Below are positions 21,022-32,291 of a DNA stretch of 64,000 nucleotides, piece after piece. Each line of letters begins with the position of its first letter. The stretch's first letter is position 1. Below the pieces are notes generated by a model. That model was not told the DNA's origin. It saw nothing but the letters and a program-made list of their open reading frames with translations, and searched no databases. This DNA comes from an uncultured delta proteobacterium. GTDB taxonomy: Bacteria; Desulfobacterota; Binatia; JACPRU01. The translations under genes and the position numbers were made by a program. The DNA lies in NCBI GenBank assembly GCA_963745025.1, contig CAVUWD010000018.1:32001-96000 (forward strand), written 5' to 3'.

Positions 21022-22564
21022 CTACGGCGTTTCGAGCGCCGGAGTCGGGCCCTCGGGCGGCAGATTCTGTGTCGGCCGCGCGGCGCCCCGCGGCGTCGGG
21101 CCGGCGATCTGGTACGGGATCCCGAGGACCCGTTTCATCGCCATCCTCGTGCGCCACGACAGGTAGCAGCTCAAGTAACTGAGGGCCGCCGTTGGGTCGA
21201 GGATCGGGTTCTTGATGCCCTCGAGCTGGGCGAGGGCGAGCACCTGTTCGCTGACGCTCACCGGGCAGCCCTCGAGCCGGATCACCTGCGCGCTCCGCGA
21301 GGCGCGGAGCTTCTTCGTGACCGTGACGAACTTGACGAAGATGTCGGCGTTCTTCGCCTCGCGCGGGTTTTTCTGCGAGCGATCGACGTAGAGGCTGTTC
21401 ACCTGGAGCGGGCTGCCGGCGACGCTTCCGTGAAACGTCGCGCAGTCGCCGATGAAGACGATCTTCTCGCCCGGCTTGGCGTCGATCTCTCCGTCGTAGG
21501 CGCCGAACACGATATGCAGGCGTGGGCGGCTGCGCAGCTTGTCGTCGCAGGCGCGGTCGAACTGGCGCAGAATCTCGATGGCCTCCTCCATCGCGCCCGG
21601 GCAGCCGCCCCAGCAATAGTCTGGCCCCGACCCGCCCGGCGGGGGCCCGGAGTAGGCCTTGACGTTCGTGCCCGCAAAGTACGTCTTCGACGCGGACGAG
21701 CCCCGTGCGAAACCCCCTTGCGCGCGCCTGCGCCTGCGCGAGCGTGACGTCGCCTTCGACGTCGATGTCGTCGAGATCGATCGGGCCGAAGCCAAGCTCC
21801 CAGGCCAGGCGGATGTGGTCGACGCGTCTCGGGTCGAGGCCGATGATGCGGCAGCACACGGCGTCGAAGGCCACCTGGTTGTCACCCATGACGATGAGCT
21901 TCAGGTCGAAGGGAAGCGGTGTGAGCATCCGCCCCTCGCCGGCGACGATCGCGTCGATGGCGATGAACTGTGGCTGGATGACGTGCTGCAGATCGGCGAC
22001 CTTCTCGTTCAGCTTGTGATCGTGGTCGATCAGGCGATGCCGGTCGTCCTGGATACCGATGTAGTTCTTCATGCTGAACGTGACGGTCGTCCAGGGATGC
22101 GCCTTGAACTTGGGACAGTTGACGAAGAAGTCGGCCTTCGCCACCGGCTCGGGGGTGAAGAGCGCGTCGCGCAGGCGCCCCGGGTGATAGAGCGGGATCT
22201 CGACCTGCGGCACCTCCTCGAAGTGATACGCCTTCGTGCCGGTTCGCTCGAGCACGGGATAGAAGCCGGCATGGCGGAAGGCGAAGCGGGTCGGCACGGT
22301 GATCCCGCAGCGCTCGCCGACGGCGAGCTCCTCGAGATCAGGACGCGCGCGGCTGCGAAGCGCGCGCAGCACGCCCTCGAGAAACTCCGGCCGGGTGTGC
22401 GCGTGCGGGAACTGCGGGCCCGAGGCCACGCAATTCGGCTTCACGAGCGTCCGACCGTGCGGTCGAAGATCCAGAGCCTCGAGGCCTTCGCGGACGATCG
22501 TCTGGATTCGATCGACGTCGTAGTCCGGGCAGGAGCGGATGATGATTCGGGGTCGTCTCATCAC
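21022..22564 (-). CDS. DUF362-domain protein with a +1 frameshift at about 21682
   Basis: LVKPN, HTRPEF, PKFKAH...TFSMKNYIG; C-terminal CWGGC/IGDC/GCP portion in another frame. Confidence 0.85.
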
Positions 22565-22622
22565 ACTTCTCCTTCGGCGCCGCTCGGGCTGACGCCGCTG
22601 ATGGGTCGCGCAAACCGTGCCG

Positions 22623-23312
22623 CTAGAACGGCACCACCCAGCGCAGCATGAACACGAAGTGCGAGATGCTGCCGCCGAGCACGAAGAGGTGGAAGATCTC
22701 GTGGAAGCCGAAGACCCGCGGGAAGGGATTCGGCCGGCGCGTCGCGTAGATCACTGCTCCCGCCGTGTAGAGGAGACCGCCCGCGAGGAGCCAGAGAAGC
22801 GCCGGCACCGGGAGGGCGTGGACCAGCGGCACGGCAGCGACCACGGCGGTCCATCCCATCGCCAGGTAGATCGACGCCGAGATCCAGCGCGGCAGCGAGC
22901 GAAAGCAGAGCTTGAGGATCGTGCCCCCGAACGCCACTCCCCATACCACCGCGAACACGCTCCAGCCCCACCCGCCGCGCAGAGTCACCAGGCAAACGGG
23001 TGTGTAGGTGCCGGCGATCAACAGGAAGATCGCCGCGTGATCGATGCGGTTCAGCCACTTCCGCTGCGCGATCGGAAGCAGCAGCCAGTGGTAGACCGTG
23101 CTCGCGAGGTACAGCAGGATGAGGCTCGTACCGTAGATGGAGAAGGCGACGACGCGCCAGGGATCATCGCGCGAAAGCCCGAGCAGAACCACCAGACCGC
23201 AGATTGCCAGCAAGGCTCCGACGAGATGCGAGTAGCAGTTGAAGGGCTCGATGGCGCGCCAGCGCGTTCGAGCTGGGCGCGTCCGGCGCGTAGCGCTCAA
23301 GCGTTCACCCAC
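22623..23312 (-). CDS. Hemolysin III / PAQR-family membrane protein
   Basis: [31 protein letters not shown]. Confidence 0.93.
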   Translation of the reverse strand: MGERLSATRRTRPARTRWRAIEPFNCYSHLVGALLAICGLVVLLGLSRDDPWRVVAFSIYGTSLILLYLASTVYHWLLLPIAQRKWLNRIDHAAIFLLIAGTYTPVCLVTLRGGWGWSVFAVVWGVAFGGTILKLCFRSLPRWISASIYLAMGWTAVVAAVPLVHALPVPALLWLLAGGLLYTAGAVIYATRRPNPFPRVFGFHEIFHLFVLGGSISHFVFMLRWVVPF

Positions 23313-23530
23313 TGCATCAGCGCCTGCGGAACGCGCTGGCCGGCGGCGATGCCCTCGGGGATGATTTCGTCGGCGGTGTCGAGAAAATCGATGCCGAGCT
23401 CGAGCGCGCGATGGATGGTCGCGATCGACTCGTCGTCATCCCGAGAGCCGTAGAACTCGGACATTCCCACACGGCCGAGTCCGACGGCCGAAACGACAGG
23501 ACCGCCTCTACCGAGCTTCCGCGTTTTCAC
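23297..23530 (-). pseudogene. Aldo/keto reductase with an in-frame internal deletion
   Basis: AKR N-terminus up to FLDTAD joined directly to the C-terminal AAGQR.P...VNA. Confidence 0.85.
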
Positions 23531-23880
23531 GAACGCGGAGTCTACTCGACGTGCACCTCGTTCGCTACCCCAGGTGCGATCGGAGCGATCGGCGGCGCGT
23601 CGAGCGTGAACCGCGCGGTTCGGCCAGACGGCACGTGAAGCGGTCGGAAGCTCCAGCGGACGGCGCCGCTGCCGATCTTGAGACGCGCCTCGCGGAGCTC
23701 CGTCGTGTTGCCGTGGATGCAGGGCTCGAGGAACTTCCTGCCGCCGCTTTCGAGCGTCATCGTCGAGACGATGTCGAGGTCGGCTGCGGCCACGGCCGTG
23801 GTACGACGAACCGCCAGAGCCGCGAGGGTTCCCAAGGGAGGCGAAACCGGCGATTCACTGGTAGGCACTTGTAGCGGGCG

Positions 23881-25059
23881 ATGGGGGTGGAACGATTTTT
23901 CGATGTCGTGGTGATCGGCGGCGGGGCCGCGGGGCTCTTCTGCGCGATCGAGGCCGGGCGGCGCGGCCGACGCGTCGTCGTGCTCGAGCGCAATGCGCGG
24001 CTCGGAGAGAAAATTGCCATCTCGGGCGGGGGCCGCTGCAACTTCACGAACCTCTTCACGCGCCCGGAGAATTTCTTGTCGGAAAACCCCGACTTCTGCC
24101 GCTCGGCGCTCGCCCGCTTCACGCCGCAGGACTTCATCGCACGCGTCGAGCAACACGGCATCTCCCATCACGAGAAGAAGCTCGGGCAACTCTTCTGCGA
24201 CGGCAGCGCGCGGCAGGTGGTCGAGATGCTGCGGGCCGATTGTCAGCAGGCGGGCGTGGAGATCCGCGCCGGTTGCGAGATCTCCGAAATCGTCCAGTCG
24301 GCGGACTTTCGCGTGCGGAGCGCCACCGGCGCGTTCGTAGCACCGTCGGTCGTGCTCGCCAGTGGCGGCCTGTCGATCCCGAAGCTCGGAGCCTCGAACT
24401 TCGCCTACCGAGTCGCGCGCCAGTTTGGCCTGCGTGTGATCGAGCCCCGCCCCGGGCTCGTGCCGCTGACGCTCGACCCGGCGGTGCTCGCGCCGTGGCG
24501 GGAGCTCGCAGGGGTTTCGTTCGTGGCGGGGGTACGCTCGAACGGCGCCACCTTTCGGGACAGCGTCCTCTTCACGCATCGTGGCCTGTCGGGTCCCGCG
24601 ATCCTGCAGGTCTCCTCCTACTGGCGCCCGGGGAACGCGATTCATCTCGATTTGCTTCCCGACGCGCCGGGCGAAGAGGTCTTCGAAGGGAAGCGCCAGA
24701 GCGCCATGGAGCTCTCGACCGTGCTCGCGGAGCGTCTGCCAAGACGGTTGGCGCAGACGTGGTGCGCGCTTCACGCATCCTCGCGACCGATGAATCAATA
24801 CTCGGCACGCGACCTTGCCGAAGTGGCACGACGCCTCCACGATCGGCCGATCGTGCCCTCGGGGACCGAGGGCTTCGCGAAGGCGGAGGTCACCGCCGGG
24901 GGCATCGACACCGCCGAGCTGTCGTCGAAGACGATGGAAGCGAAGCGGGCGCCCGGCCTCTATTGCATCGGCGAGGCCGTCGACGTGACCGGCCATCTCG
25001 GCGGCTTCAACTTTCAGTGGGCGTGGGCTTCCGCGTATGCGGCCGGGCAGTACGCCTAA
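23881..25059 (+). CDS. HI0933/BaiN-family flavoprotein
   Basis: GGGAAG, SGGGRCNFTN, LFTHRGLSGPAIL, GGFNFQWAWAS. Confidence 0.95.
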   Translation: MGVERFFDVVVIGGGAAGLFCAIEAGRRGRRVVVLERNARLGEKIAISGGGRCNFTNLFTRPENFLSENPDFCRSALARFTPQDFIARVEQHGISHHEKKLGQLFCDGSARQVVEMLRADCQQAGVEIRAGCEISEIVQSADFRVRSATGAFVAPSVVLASGGLSIPKLGASNFAYRVARQFGLRVIEPRPGLVPLTLDPAVLAPWRELAGVSFVAGVRSNGATFRDSVLFTHRGLSGPAILQVSSYWRPGNAIHLDLLPDAPGEEVFEGKRQSAMELSTVLAERLPRRLAQTWCALHASSRPMNQYSARDLAEVARRLHDRPIVPSGTEGFAKAEVTAGGIDTAELSSKTMEAKRAPGLYCIGEAVDVTGHLGGFNFQWAWASAYAAGQYA

Positions 25060-25123
25060 GGAGCCCGTCCGAGTAATCGCTCTCATCGGCTCGGTCCGGA
25101 TTACTCGGACGGACTCCTAGGCG
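25054..25123. repeat. Inverted-repeat mini-element (MITE-like or terminator)
   Basis: CTAAGGAGCCCGTCCGAGTAATC...GATTACTCGGACGGACTCCTAG. Confidence 0.7.
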
Positions 25124-25267
25124 ACGCAGTCGGTCTCAGGCGTTGACACCCTGCCGGTCGGCGTTACTTTCTAGCCCCACGCGAGGCATGGTGCCCGCGG
25201 GTGGGAGTCCGCGGTGAGCGGGCTCCTCGTAGCCGTCGGGAGCGAGAGCCCCGACAGGAGAAAATCC

Positions 25268-25756
25268 ATGACGTACCCAGGCTTTCACTGGTGGAGAGCC
25301 CGCCATGGCGCCGATTTCGGCGCGTGGGCGGGGCCCTGCGGCTTCGGTCCATCCTTCGTGGAACGTGTCTGGGCCGAGCGGCGAGCGAGCGCGGAACGCT
25401 TCGGAGAGTTCGGCGGCGCCTTCGGGGTCCGCCGCCCGCTTCGATACCTGGCCTTCAAGCTCGATCTCGACGAGCGGCAGGTCGCCGAGCTGGCCAGCAT
25501 CCTCTCCGAGCTGAAGACCGAGCGCGCCCAGGCCGAGGTCGATTCGCGCCGCACGCTCTCCGCGTTCGCGGACGCGGTTGCGGGGGAGCAGTTCGACGAG
25601 AACCGGGCAAAGGAGGGCGGCACGCTGCGAGTCGGGAGCGCGGAGCGGCTGCGCGACGCGGTGATCCGGGCGCTCGGCAAGATCCATGCAACCCTCGACG
25701 CCGAGCAACGGGAGCGTCTGGCGTATCTCATCCGCACCGGGACACTGACCGTCTGA
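25268..25756 (+). CDS. Spy/CpxP-like helical protein
   Basis: KLDLDERQ and ATLDAEQR (LTxxQ-like) motifs; AGGAG RBS. Confidence 0.7.
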   Translation: MTYPGFHWWRARHGADFGAWAGPCGFGPSFVERVWAERRASAERFGEFGGAFGVRRPLRYLAFKLDLDERQVAELASILSELKTERAQAEVDSRRTLSAFADAVAGEQFDENRAKEGGTLRVGSAERLRDAVIRALGKIHATLDAEQRERLAYLIRTGTLTV

Positions 25757-26081
25757 CGCCGAACGCGGAGGGCCGCCCGGCCGCGCGGTCCTCCGCAAAG
25801 CCATTCCCGAGCCTGGAAGCGACGCCTGTTCACGTATCCGAACGCGCCGAGTCCGCGCCCGGCTGGGTCGCCACGAGCTTCCTTCACGGGGCCGTGAATT
25901 CCTGCCAAGCACGGCATCGCGAAGAATCTGACGCTCGCGACGCGGCTGCGCCAGGCGCGGACTCGACGGGCTCGGAGCCTTCGATTGGTTCCGCTTCGAG
26001 GCGAGTCACCCGTGGCGGCGGGTCGCGGTTCCCCTCTTCGTGGCCGGCTGTTATAGTGGCGGCTTTTCCGGGGAATCGATC

Positions 26082-27896
26082 TTGGGAGAGATCCGCAGCG
26101 ACATCCGCAACATCGCCATCATCGCGCACGTCGATCACGGCAAGACCACGCTCGTCGATGCCATGCTCCACCAGAGCGGGATCTTTCGGGTGAACGAGCA
26201 GGTGATGGACCGGGTAATGGACTCCTTCCCGCTCGAGCGCGAGCGCGGAATCACGATCCTCGCCAAGAATACGGCGATCGAGTACGGCGGAGTGAAGATC
26301 AACATCGTCGACACGCCCGGACATGCCGACTTCGGCGGCGAGGTCGAGCGGGCGCTCGCCATGGTCGATGGCGTCATGCTGCTGGTCGATGCTTCGGAAG
26401 GGCCGCTGCCGCAGACCCGCTTTGTGCTCAAGAAGGCGCTCGAGGCCGGGCTGCCGCCGATCGTCTGCATCAACAAGATCGACCGGCCCGACGCACGCAT
26501 CGCGGCCGTGCTCGACGAGATCTACGGCTTGTTCATCGATCTCGACGCCACCGAGGCGCAGCTCGAGTTTCCGGTCGTCTACACCAACGCCCGCGCTGGC
26601 GTCGCCAAGCGGAGCCTCGACGACTCCTCCGACGATCTGCACCCGCTCTTCGAGCTCATTCTCGCGCTCCCCGGTCCGTGGGTCGAGCCGGCTGCACCGC
26701 CGCAGTTTCAATGCAACAACCTCGATTACGACAACTACGTCGGCCGGCTGGCCATCGGCCGGGTGAAGAACGGCGTGCTCCACACCGCCGGGACGTATGC
26801 GTGGCTTCGCGCCGACGGGTCGTCCACCACGGTCAAGATCAATCAGATCTACGCATGGCGGGGGCTGAAGCGCGTCGAAGTGGAGCGCGGTACGGCGGGT
26901 GACGTCGTGGCGATCGCCGGCATCGAGGACGTCCACATCGGCGATACCATCGCCGACCTCGAGCGGCCGAAAGCGCTTCCACCGATCCGCATCGACGAGC
27001 CGACGATCGCGATGCTCTTTTGCGTGAACAATGCCCCGTGGGCCGGCCGCGAGGGCGACTACGTGACCTCCCGCAAGCTCCGCGAGCGCCTCGAGCTGGA
27101 GTGGCGCCGTAACGTGAGCATCCGCGTCGAGGACACCGATTCGCCGGACTTGATTCGGGTCACCGGGCGCGGGGAGCTCCAGCTCGGCATCCTGATCGAG
27201 ACCATGCGCCGTGAAGGCTACGAGCTCGCGGTGTCGAAGCCGACCGTGGTGACCCGGCAGGTCGACGGCCACGTGCACGAGCCGGTCGAGCTGCTCGTCA
27301 TCGACGTCCCCGAAGAGCACATCGGCGTGGTGTCGCAGCTTCTCGCCGTGCGACGCGGGAAGATGGTGAAGATGAATCACGCCGGCTCGGGGCGGGTGCG
27401 CCTGGAGTTCGCCGTCCCTTCGCGAGGGCTCATCGGCTTCCGCTCGCATTTTCTCACGCATACGCGAGGAACCGGCGTCATGAACGCGCTCTTCGACGGG
27501 TGGGCCCCTTGGCACGGTCCGATCCAGGCGCGCATCAACGGCGCCATGGTCGCCGATCGCGAAGGGACCGCGACCCCGTACGCGATCTTCAACTTGCAGG
27601 AGCGGGGGGTCCTCTTCGTGGCGCCGGGCACGAGGGTCTACGAGGGGATGGTTGTTGGCGAATACAGTCGCGACAACGATCTCAACGTGAACATCTGCCG
27701 CGAGAAGAAGCTCACCAACATTCGTGCCGCCGGCCGCGACGAGAACATCATCATCACGCCGCACCGTGAGATGGGCCTCGAGGCCGCGGTCGAGTGGATC
27801 GGTGACGACGAGCTCGTCGAGGTGACGCCGCAGTCCGTGCGGCTGCGGAAGAAGATCCTCAAGCAGATCGAGCGGCCGAAACGGCGGGTGGCATAG
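26082..27896 (+). CDS. typA: Translational GTPase TypA/BipA
   Basis: [40 protein letters not shown]. Confidence 0.97.
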   Translation: MGEIRSDIRNIAIIAHVDHGKTTLVDAMLHQSGIFRVNEQVMDRVMDSFPLERERGITILAKNTAIEYGGVKINIVDTPGHADFGGEVERALAMVDGVMLLVDASEGPLPQTRFVLKKALEAGLPPIVCINKIDRPDARIAAVLDEIYGLFIDLDATEAQLEFPVVYTNARAGVAKRSLDDSSDDLHPLFELILALPGPWVEPAAPPQFQCNNLDYDNYVGRLAIGRVKNGVLHTAGTYAWLRADGSSTTVKINQIYAWRGLKRVEVERGTAGDVVAIAGIEDVHIGDTIADLERPKALPPIRIDEPTIAMLFCVNNAPWAGREGDYVTSRKLRERLELEWRRNVSIRVEDTDSPDLIRVTGRGELQLGILIETMRREGYELAVSKPTVVTRQVDGHVHEPVELLVIDVPEEHIGVVSQLLAVRRGKMVKMNHAGSGRVRLEFAVPSRGLIGFRSHFLTHTRGTGVMNALFDGWAPWHGPIQARINGAMVADREGTATPYAIFNLQERGVLFVAPGTRVYEGMVVGEYSRDNDLNVNICREKKLTNIRAAGRDENIIITPHREMGLEAAVEWIGDDELVEVTPQSVRLRKKILKQIERPKRRVA

Positions 27897-27971
27897 GGGC
27901 AGGGGGAAGTCGGGCGGGGACATTTCACGTTGCTCCGGAGCGTCGGTTTCAGGCTATGATGCGCGGCCAAG

Positions 27972-28325
27972 ATGACCGCGCGGCGTCGCACGGCGGAACT
28001 GGTTCTGCGCTTGAAGCTCGGCGACGGAATCCTCGGCCCGGGCAAGATCGATCTGCTCGAGCGCATCGAGCGCCTCGGCTCGATCTCGGCCGCGGCGCGC
28101 GACATGAGCATGTCGTACCGCCAGGCGTGGCTGCTCGTCGCGACGATGAATCAGAAGTTCCGCGAGCCGCTGGTGACGACGAGCCAGGGTGGCCGGCGCG
28201 GCGGTGGCACGCGGCTCACGGCGGCCGGGCGCAAGGTCGTCGACTGCTACCGCTCGCTCGTCTCGCGCGTCGAGGGGCTCGTCGCGCGAGAGCTCCGCAC
28301 GATCGCCGCGATGACGGAGAAATGA
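27972..28325 (+). CDS. modE: ModE-family transcriptional regulator (HTH only)
   Basis: GPGKIDLL...GSISAAAR..MSYRQAW...GGRRGGG. Confidence 0.9.
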   Translation: MTARRRTAELVLRLKLGDGILGPGKIDLLERIERLGSISAAARDMSMSYRQAWLLVATMNQKFREPLVTTSQGGRRGGGTRLTAAGRKVVDCYRSLVSRVEGLVARELRTIAAMTEK

Positions 28326-28368
28326 CCTAGCTCTCGCGTATCCCTGCGAAGTCCGACGCCGGGGACGA

Positions 28369-29094
28369 TCAGCCGATCAGCTCGAGGATCTCGGGGATCC
28401 TGCGGATCACGTGATGAGGCTTCTCTCGGTCGACGGGAGGCTCGCGATCCCCGCGATGCCAGAGCAGCACCGAGCGGAGCCCGGCGCGGTTCGCTCCGGC
28501 GATGTCCTGTGAGAGCGAATCGCCGACGAACAGCGCTTCGTCGGCCCGGCATTCCGCGCGGCGAAGCGCTTCGGCGAAGATCTTCGAATCGGGCTTGCAG
28601 GAGCCCGCCCGCTCGCTCGACAGCAGCCAGTCGAAGTAACGCTCGAGTCCCGCGAGTTCGCCCAGATGCTCGAGCTGTTCTTGGTCGATGTTGCTGACGA
28701 TTCCGAGGCGGAGGCCGCAACGGCGGAGCTCCGTGAGCGTTTCGGGCACGCCCTCTCGCAGGCGGAAGTCGCGACGATGGAGCTCCCACTGCGAGCGACG
28801 GTAGCGCTCGAGATGATCGGGGTTCGCCTCGGAACCGAGCTCGCGTAGCATCTCGATCGCGGCGTCGCGAAACATGTCGCGGTGGAGGTAGAAGCTTCGC
28901 TCGAGGTACATGCGAAACACGCGCCGCAGAGCATTGCGGTACGCGAGCTGGACGGAGCCCGCGTCCGCCGCGCAGCCGGCCAGCTCGGCGAGCATCTGCA
29001 AGCTTTCGCGGTCGCCGGGCGCGAGCGTGTCGTAGTCGTAGAGCGTGCCGCCGAAGTCGAAGAGGACGGCGCGAAGGGGCCGCGTCGGCGTCAT
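28369..29094 (-). CDS. HAD-family hydrolase
   Basis: FDFGGTL, VSN, KPD, VGDSLSQDIAGA. Confidence 0.9.
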   Translation of the reverse strand: MTPTRPLRAVLFDFGGTLYDYDTLAPGDRESLQMLAELAGCAADAGSVQLAYRNALRRVFRMYLERSFYLHRDMFRDAAIEMLRELGSEANPDHLERYRRSQWELHRRDFRLREGVPETLTELRRCGLRLGIVSNIDQEQLEHLGELAGLERYFDWLLSSERAGSCKPDSKIFAEALRRAECRADEALFVGDSLSQDIAGANRAGLRSVLLWHRGDREPPVDREKPHHVIRRIPEILELIG

Positions 29095-29678
29095 CCCCCC
29101 GCCCCGAAGTAGGCAGGGGCGTTGCCCGGCTTCCACTTGATGTTGCAGCCGATGCTCGGCCGCTGGTCCGCGGAGGCCGGTTTCCCGGCGAGCGCGGCGT
29201 CGCAGGCGGCGCGAAGATCCTTGCCGGTCACGGGGATGCCGTTCTCCGGCCGGCTGTCGTCGAACTGGCCGCGATAGACGAGACGTCGTGCGCGATCGAA
29301 CAGGAAAAAATCGGGCGTGCACGCGGCCGCGTAGGCTTTCGCGACCGACTGCGAGTCGTCAAAGAGGTACGGAAATGTATAGCCCGCTGCCACGACTTCT
29401 TCGGCCATTTTCGCGGGGCTATCGTCGGGATGACTCGCGACGTCGTTGGCGTTGATGGCGACGACCGCCAGCCCATTCTTCTGGTACTCGCGCGCAAAGG
29501 CCGCGAGCCCCCGACGAATGTGCTTCACGAAGGGACAATGATTGCAGATGAACATCACCAGCAGCGCGGGCGCCGCCGTGAAGTCGTCGCGCGCGACGAG
29601 CCGCCCCTTCGTGTCGGGCAGGCGAAAGTCCGCGGCTGGCGTGCCGAGCTCGAGCATGGTGGAAGGAGTCTTTGCCAC
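29091..29678 (-). CDS. AhpC/TSA thioredoxin-family protein
   Basis: FICNHCPFV, ACTPDFFLFD, PSIGCNIKWK. Confidence 0.93.
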   Translation of the reverse strand: MAKTPSTMLELGTPAADFRLPDTKGRLVARDDFTAAPALLVMFICNHCPFVKHIRRGLAAFAREYQKNGLAVVAINANDVASHPDDSPAKMAEEVVAAGYTFPYLFDDSQSVAKAYAAACTPDFFLFDRARRLVYRGQFDDSRPENGIPVTGKDLRAACDAALAGKPASADQRPSIGCNIKWKPGNAPAYFGAGG

Positions 29679-29850
29679 GGCTTGATTCTTCCTGCTTTGC
29701 GAGGACTGCTCAATCCCCGGGTCGGGACCGTCGGTCGGAGAGTGGCGCCGGGCGGGCCGAGTCGGACTGTTCATCCAGGCGTTGAAGCGGGGCGGCCGGG
29801 CCCTGGCGGGGCTCCTTTCTCTCGGCGGTCGATTCCTCTAGTTACTGCCC

Positions 29851-30756
29851 ATGAGCGAGAGCGCTACCACCGAGGACCGGCGGATCGGTCCCCACGTCAC
29901 GGTTCTCGGCGGCATACGCAACGGCAAGTACCCCCACGGCAATTCGCTGCTCGTCGAAGGCCTCGAAGAATCGCTCGTCATCGATCCGTCGCTCTCGCTC
30001 TCCGCCCGCGGCTCCCTGCCGCGGATCGACCGCGTGATCAACAGCCATTCCCACGAGGACCACATCGCCGGCAACCACCTGTTCCCGTCGGCGCCCTGGC
30101 TCGTGCACGAGCTTGACCTCGTCGGCCTGCGCTCGCTCGACGGCATGATGGAGATCTACGGCTACCCGGGGCCCATCGAAGAGTATTTTCGCAAGGTTCT
30201 CGTCGAGGAGTTCCACTATCGTCCCCGCGCCGACGCCGGGGGATTCGCGGACGCGCGGGTATTCGATCTCGGCGGTGTGACCGTGCGGGTGATCCACGCG
30301 CCCGGTCATACCCGTGGGCACTGCTGTCTCGCGATCGAGCCCGACGGCGTTCTCTATCTCGGCGACATCGATCTCACGAGCTTCGGCCCCTATTACGGTG
30401 ATGCGTGGTCTTCCTTGCCGGCTTTCGAGCACACGCTCGCCGCGGTCCGGAATCTCCAAGCGCGCCACTACGCGACGTTCCATCACATCGGCGTGATCGG
30501 CGACCGCGAGGCCTTTCGCTCGCGCCTCGATCGCTTCAGCGCCGTGATTCAAGCGCGCGAGCAGCGCCTCGTCGAGTTCCTGGCCGAGCCGCGCACGCTC
30601 GACGAGATCGTCGCGCATCGCTTCGTCTATCGCCCGGGTGACGCCGTCCTCTACGCCGACGCCGTCGAGCTGCGCAGCATGAGCCAGCACCTCGAGCGGC
30701 TGATCGACGGTGGCCGGGTGCGCGAGGTCGAGGCCCGCCGCTATCTGGCGAGCTAG
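29851..30756 (+). CDS. MBL-fold metallo-hydrolase
   Basis: SHSHEDH, PGHTRGH, GDID. Confidence 0.9.
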   Translation: MSESATTEDRRIGPHVTVLGGIRNGKYPHGNSLLVEGLEESLVIDPSLSLSARGSLPRIDRVINSHSHEDHIAGNHLFPSAPWLVHELDLVGLRSLDGMMEIYGYPGPIEEYFRKVLVEEFHYRPRADAGGFADARVFDLGGVTVRVIHAPGHTRGHCCLAIEPDGVLYLGDIDLTSFGPYYGDAWSSLPAFEHTLAAVRNLQARHYATFHHIGVIGDREAFRSRLDRFSAVIQAREQRLVEFLAEPRTLDEIVAHRFVYRPGDAVLYADAVELRSMSQHLERLIDGGRVREVEARRYLAS

Positions 30757-31238
30757 GCGTGAGCTCGGGGCAGACTCCTAAGCCTTGGCCTTGTCGTAGG
30801 AGTCGCCGACGCACGCCGCCCTCGGCCAACGCGGTCACTGACTTTGCTGCGCCCCAAGTGGCTCAGCGATCCGGAGCTTGAGGAAGCGGTCGTACAGGGC
30901 TCAGCCAGAGCCCCGAGCAGCACGAGAGCGGTCGTGGCGGTCATGCGGGAAGCACCTGAATTTATTGTGTTTTTACTGAACCTACAATAATCGCCCATGC
31001 GCGGGCCCGACCCCGGCCGGCGCGAGGCGGGACGGGACGTCTACGGTCGATTCCGGGGGTGCCCCATGGCCGGTTCGGGATTGTGCGCGGGCCGACGTGC
31101 GGGCGATCACCGGCCCCCGCGCACCCGTGGCGCGACGATCGGCCCCTACCGATCCGGCGCGCGTCTAGAAATGCTTGCGCCGATGCGTTGCGCGACCCTA
31201 GTCTGCCGCTCCAGGAACGCAGGCGGGAGGGCTCAACG

Positions 31239-31931
31239 ATGATTCACGTTCACTACTTCATCACCCGCAAACCCGAGATGGACGAGGTCGCGTTCCACCG
31301 CTACTGGCGCGAAGTCCACGCCCCGATCGTCGTGAAGATTCCGCAGTTGCGCCGCTACGTGCAGAGCCATCGCATCGACACGGCTCGCAGCAACTCGGCC
31401 TACGATGAAAATTTGTCGCCTTACGACGGAGTGGCCGAAGTGCTCCTCGAAGGGCTCGATGCATTCGCCGCTCTGCGCGAGAGCTCGGAGTACCTCGAGG
31501 GAGCTCTGGCAGACGAGCGCAACTTCATCGATCTGACCCGCGTCGAATGGATGGTCGCGGAGGACCACGTCATCCTGGACGGCCCAACCGGCGGCAGCTT
31601 GGTGAAGGGCGTTTGGCAGCTCAAGCGGAAGCCCGGGATGACGCTTGCGGACTTTCGCAACTACTGGATCGACGTCCACGGCGCGTTGGCGATCGAGCTG
31701 CCGGGGGTTCGGCGCTACGTCCAATCGCACCTGATCGATGAAGCCTACCTCTACGCCGAGCCGTGCCACGACGGTGTCGCGCAGCTCTGGTTCGACAGCG
31801 CCGCGGGGCTCGCCGCGGCCTTCGACTCACCCGCAGGTAAGGAGCTGCAAACCGACGGCCCGAAGATGTTCGACATGCACCTGCTGCGATTCTTCCTCGC
31901 TCAGGAGCACGTGGTGATCGCGTCACGCTGA
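31239..31931 (+). CDS. Tandem EthD-domain protein
   Basis: Two repeats of RKP.M...F..YW..VH...P..RRYVQSH...DGVA. Confidence 0.88.
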   Translation: MIHVHYFITRKPEMDEVAFHRYWREVHAPIVVKIPQLRRYVQSHRIDTARSNSAYDENLSPYDGVAEVLLEGLDAFAALRESSEYLEGALADERNFIDLTRVEWMVAEDHVILDGPTGGSLVKGVWQLKRKPGMTLADFRNYWIDVHGALAIELPGVRRYVQSHLIDEAYLYAEPCHDGVAQLWFDSAAGLAAAFDSPAGKELQTDGPKMFDMHLLRFFLAQEHVVIASR

Positions 31932-32046
31932 GGCAAGAGCGGGCTTCACCGCGCTTAGGGATTGGCCGGCGGCTGCGCGGCCCTTGTCTCACAAGGGTTT
32001 GCGGGGTTTTTGGAACGGAAACTAGTCAGGCCGAGCGAATATCGCG

Positions 32047-32259
32047 ATGAAGGACCTTTACATCCCTGAGGCGGACTGGACGCTCATTTCAGAGGCACGA
32101 AGCGAACCCGTGATCGCCGTTCGATCGAACAGCGAGTCGGGCTTTTTCAAGATTCGACGCAGTGCGAACGGCTGGACCGCCGAATTCTGTCGCAATTTCG
32201 ATGTCCTCTCACTCGCGCCGCGGCGCCGATCGCCCAAAACGACCTACTACCCGTCTTGA
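32047..32259 (+). CDS. Small hypothetical protein
   Basis: 70-aa ORF with non-shadow composition; no motif recognised. Confidence 0.3.
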   Translation: MKDLYIPEADWTLISEARSEPVIAVRSNSESGFFKIRRSANGWTAEFCRNFDVLSLAPRRRSPKTTYYPS

Positions 32260-32285
32260 CGGTACGACTGCAGTCATACCATACT
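32256..32285 (+). promoter_or_regulatory. TA promoter with palindromic operator
   Basis: TTGACG-18 nt-CATACT containing GGTACGACTGCAGTCATACC. Confidence 0.7.
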
Positions 32286-32291
32286 CCTACC

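Noticed and set aside
23542-23835. Possible minus-strand gene remnant upstream of the AKR stub
   Set aside because: No clear start or recognisable motif
30780-30840. Possible IS3 core remnant (ALAEGGV / VGDSYDKA on the minus strand)
   Set aside because: Too short and degenerate to support without a search
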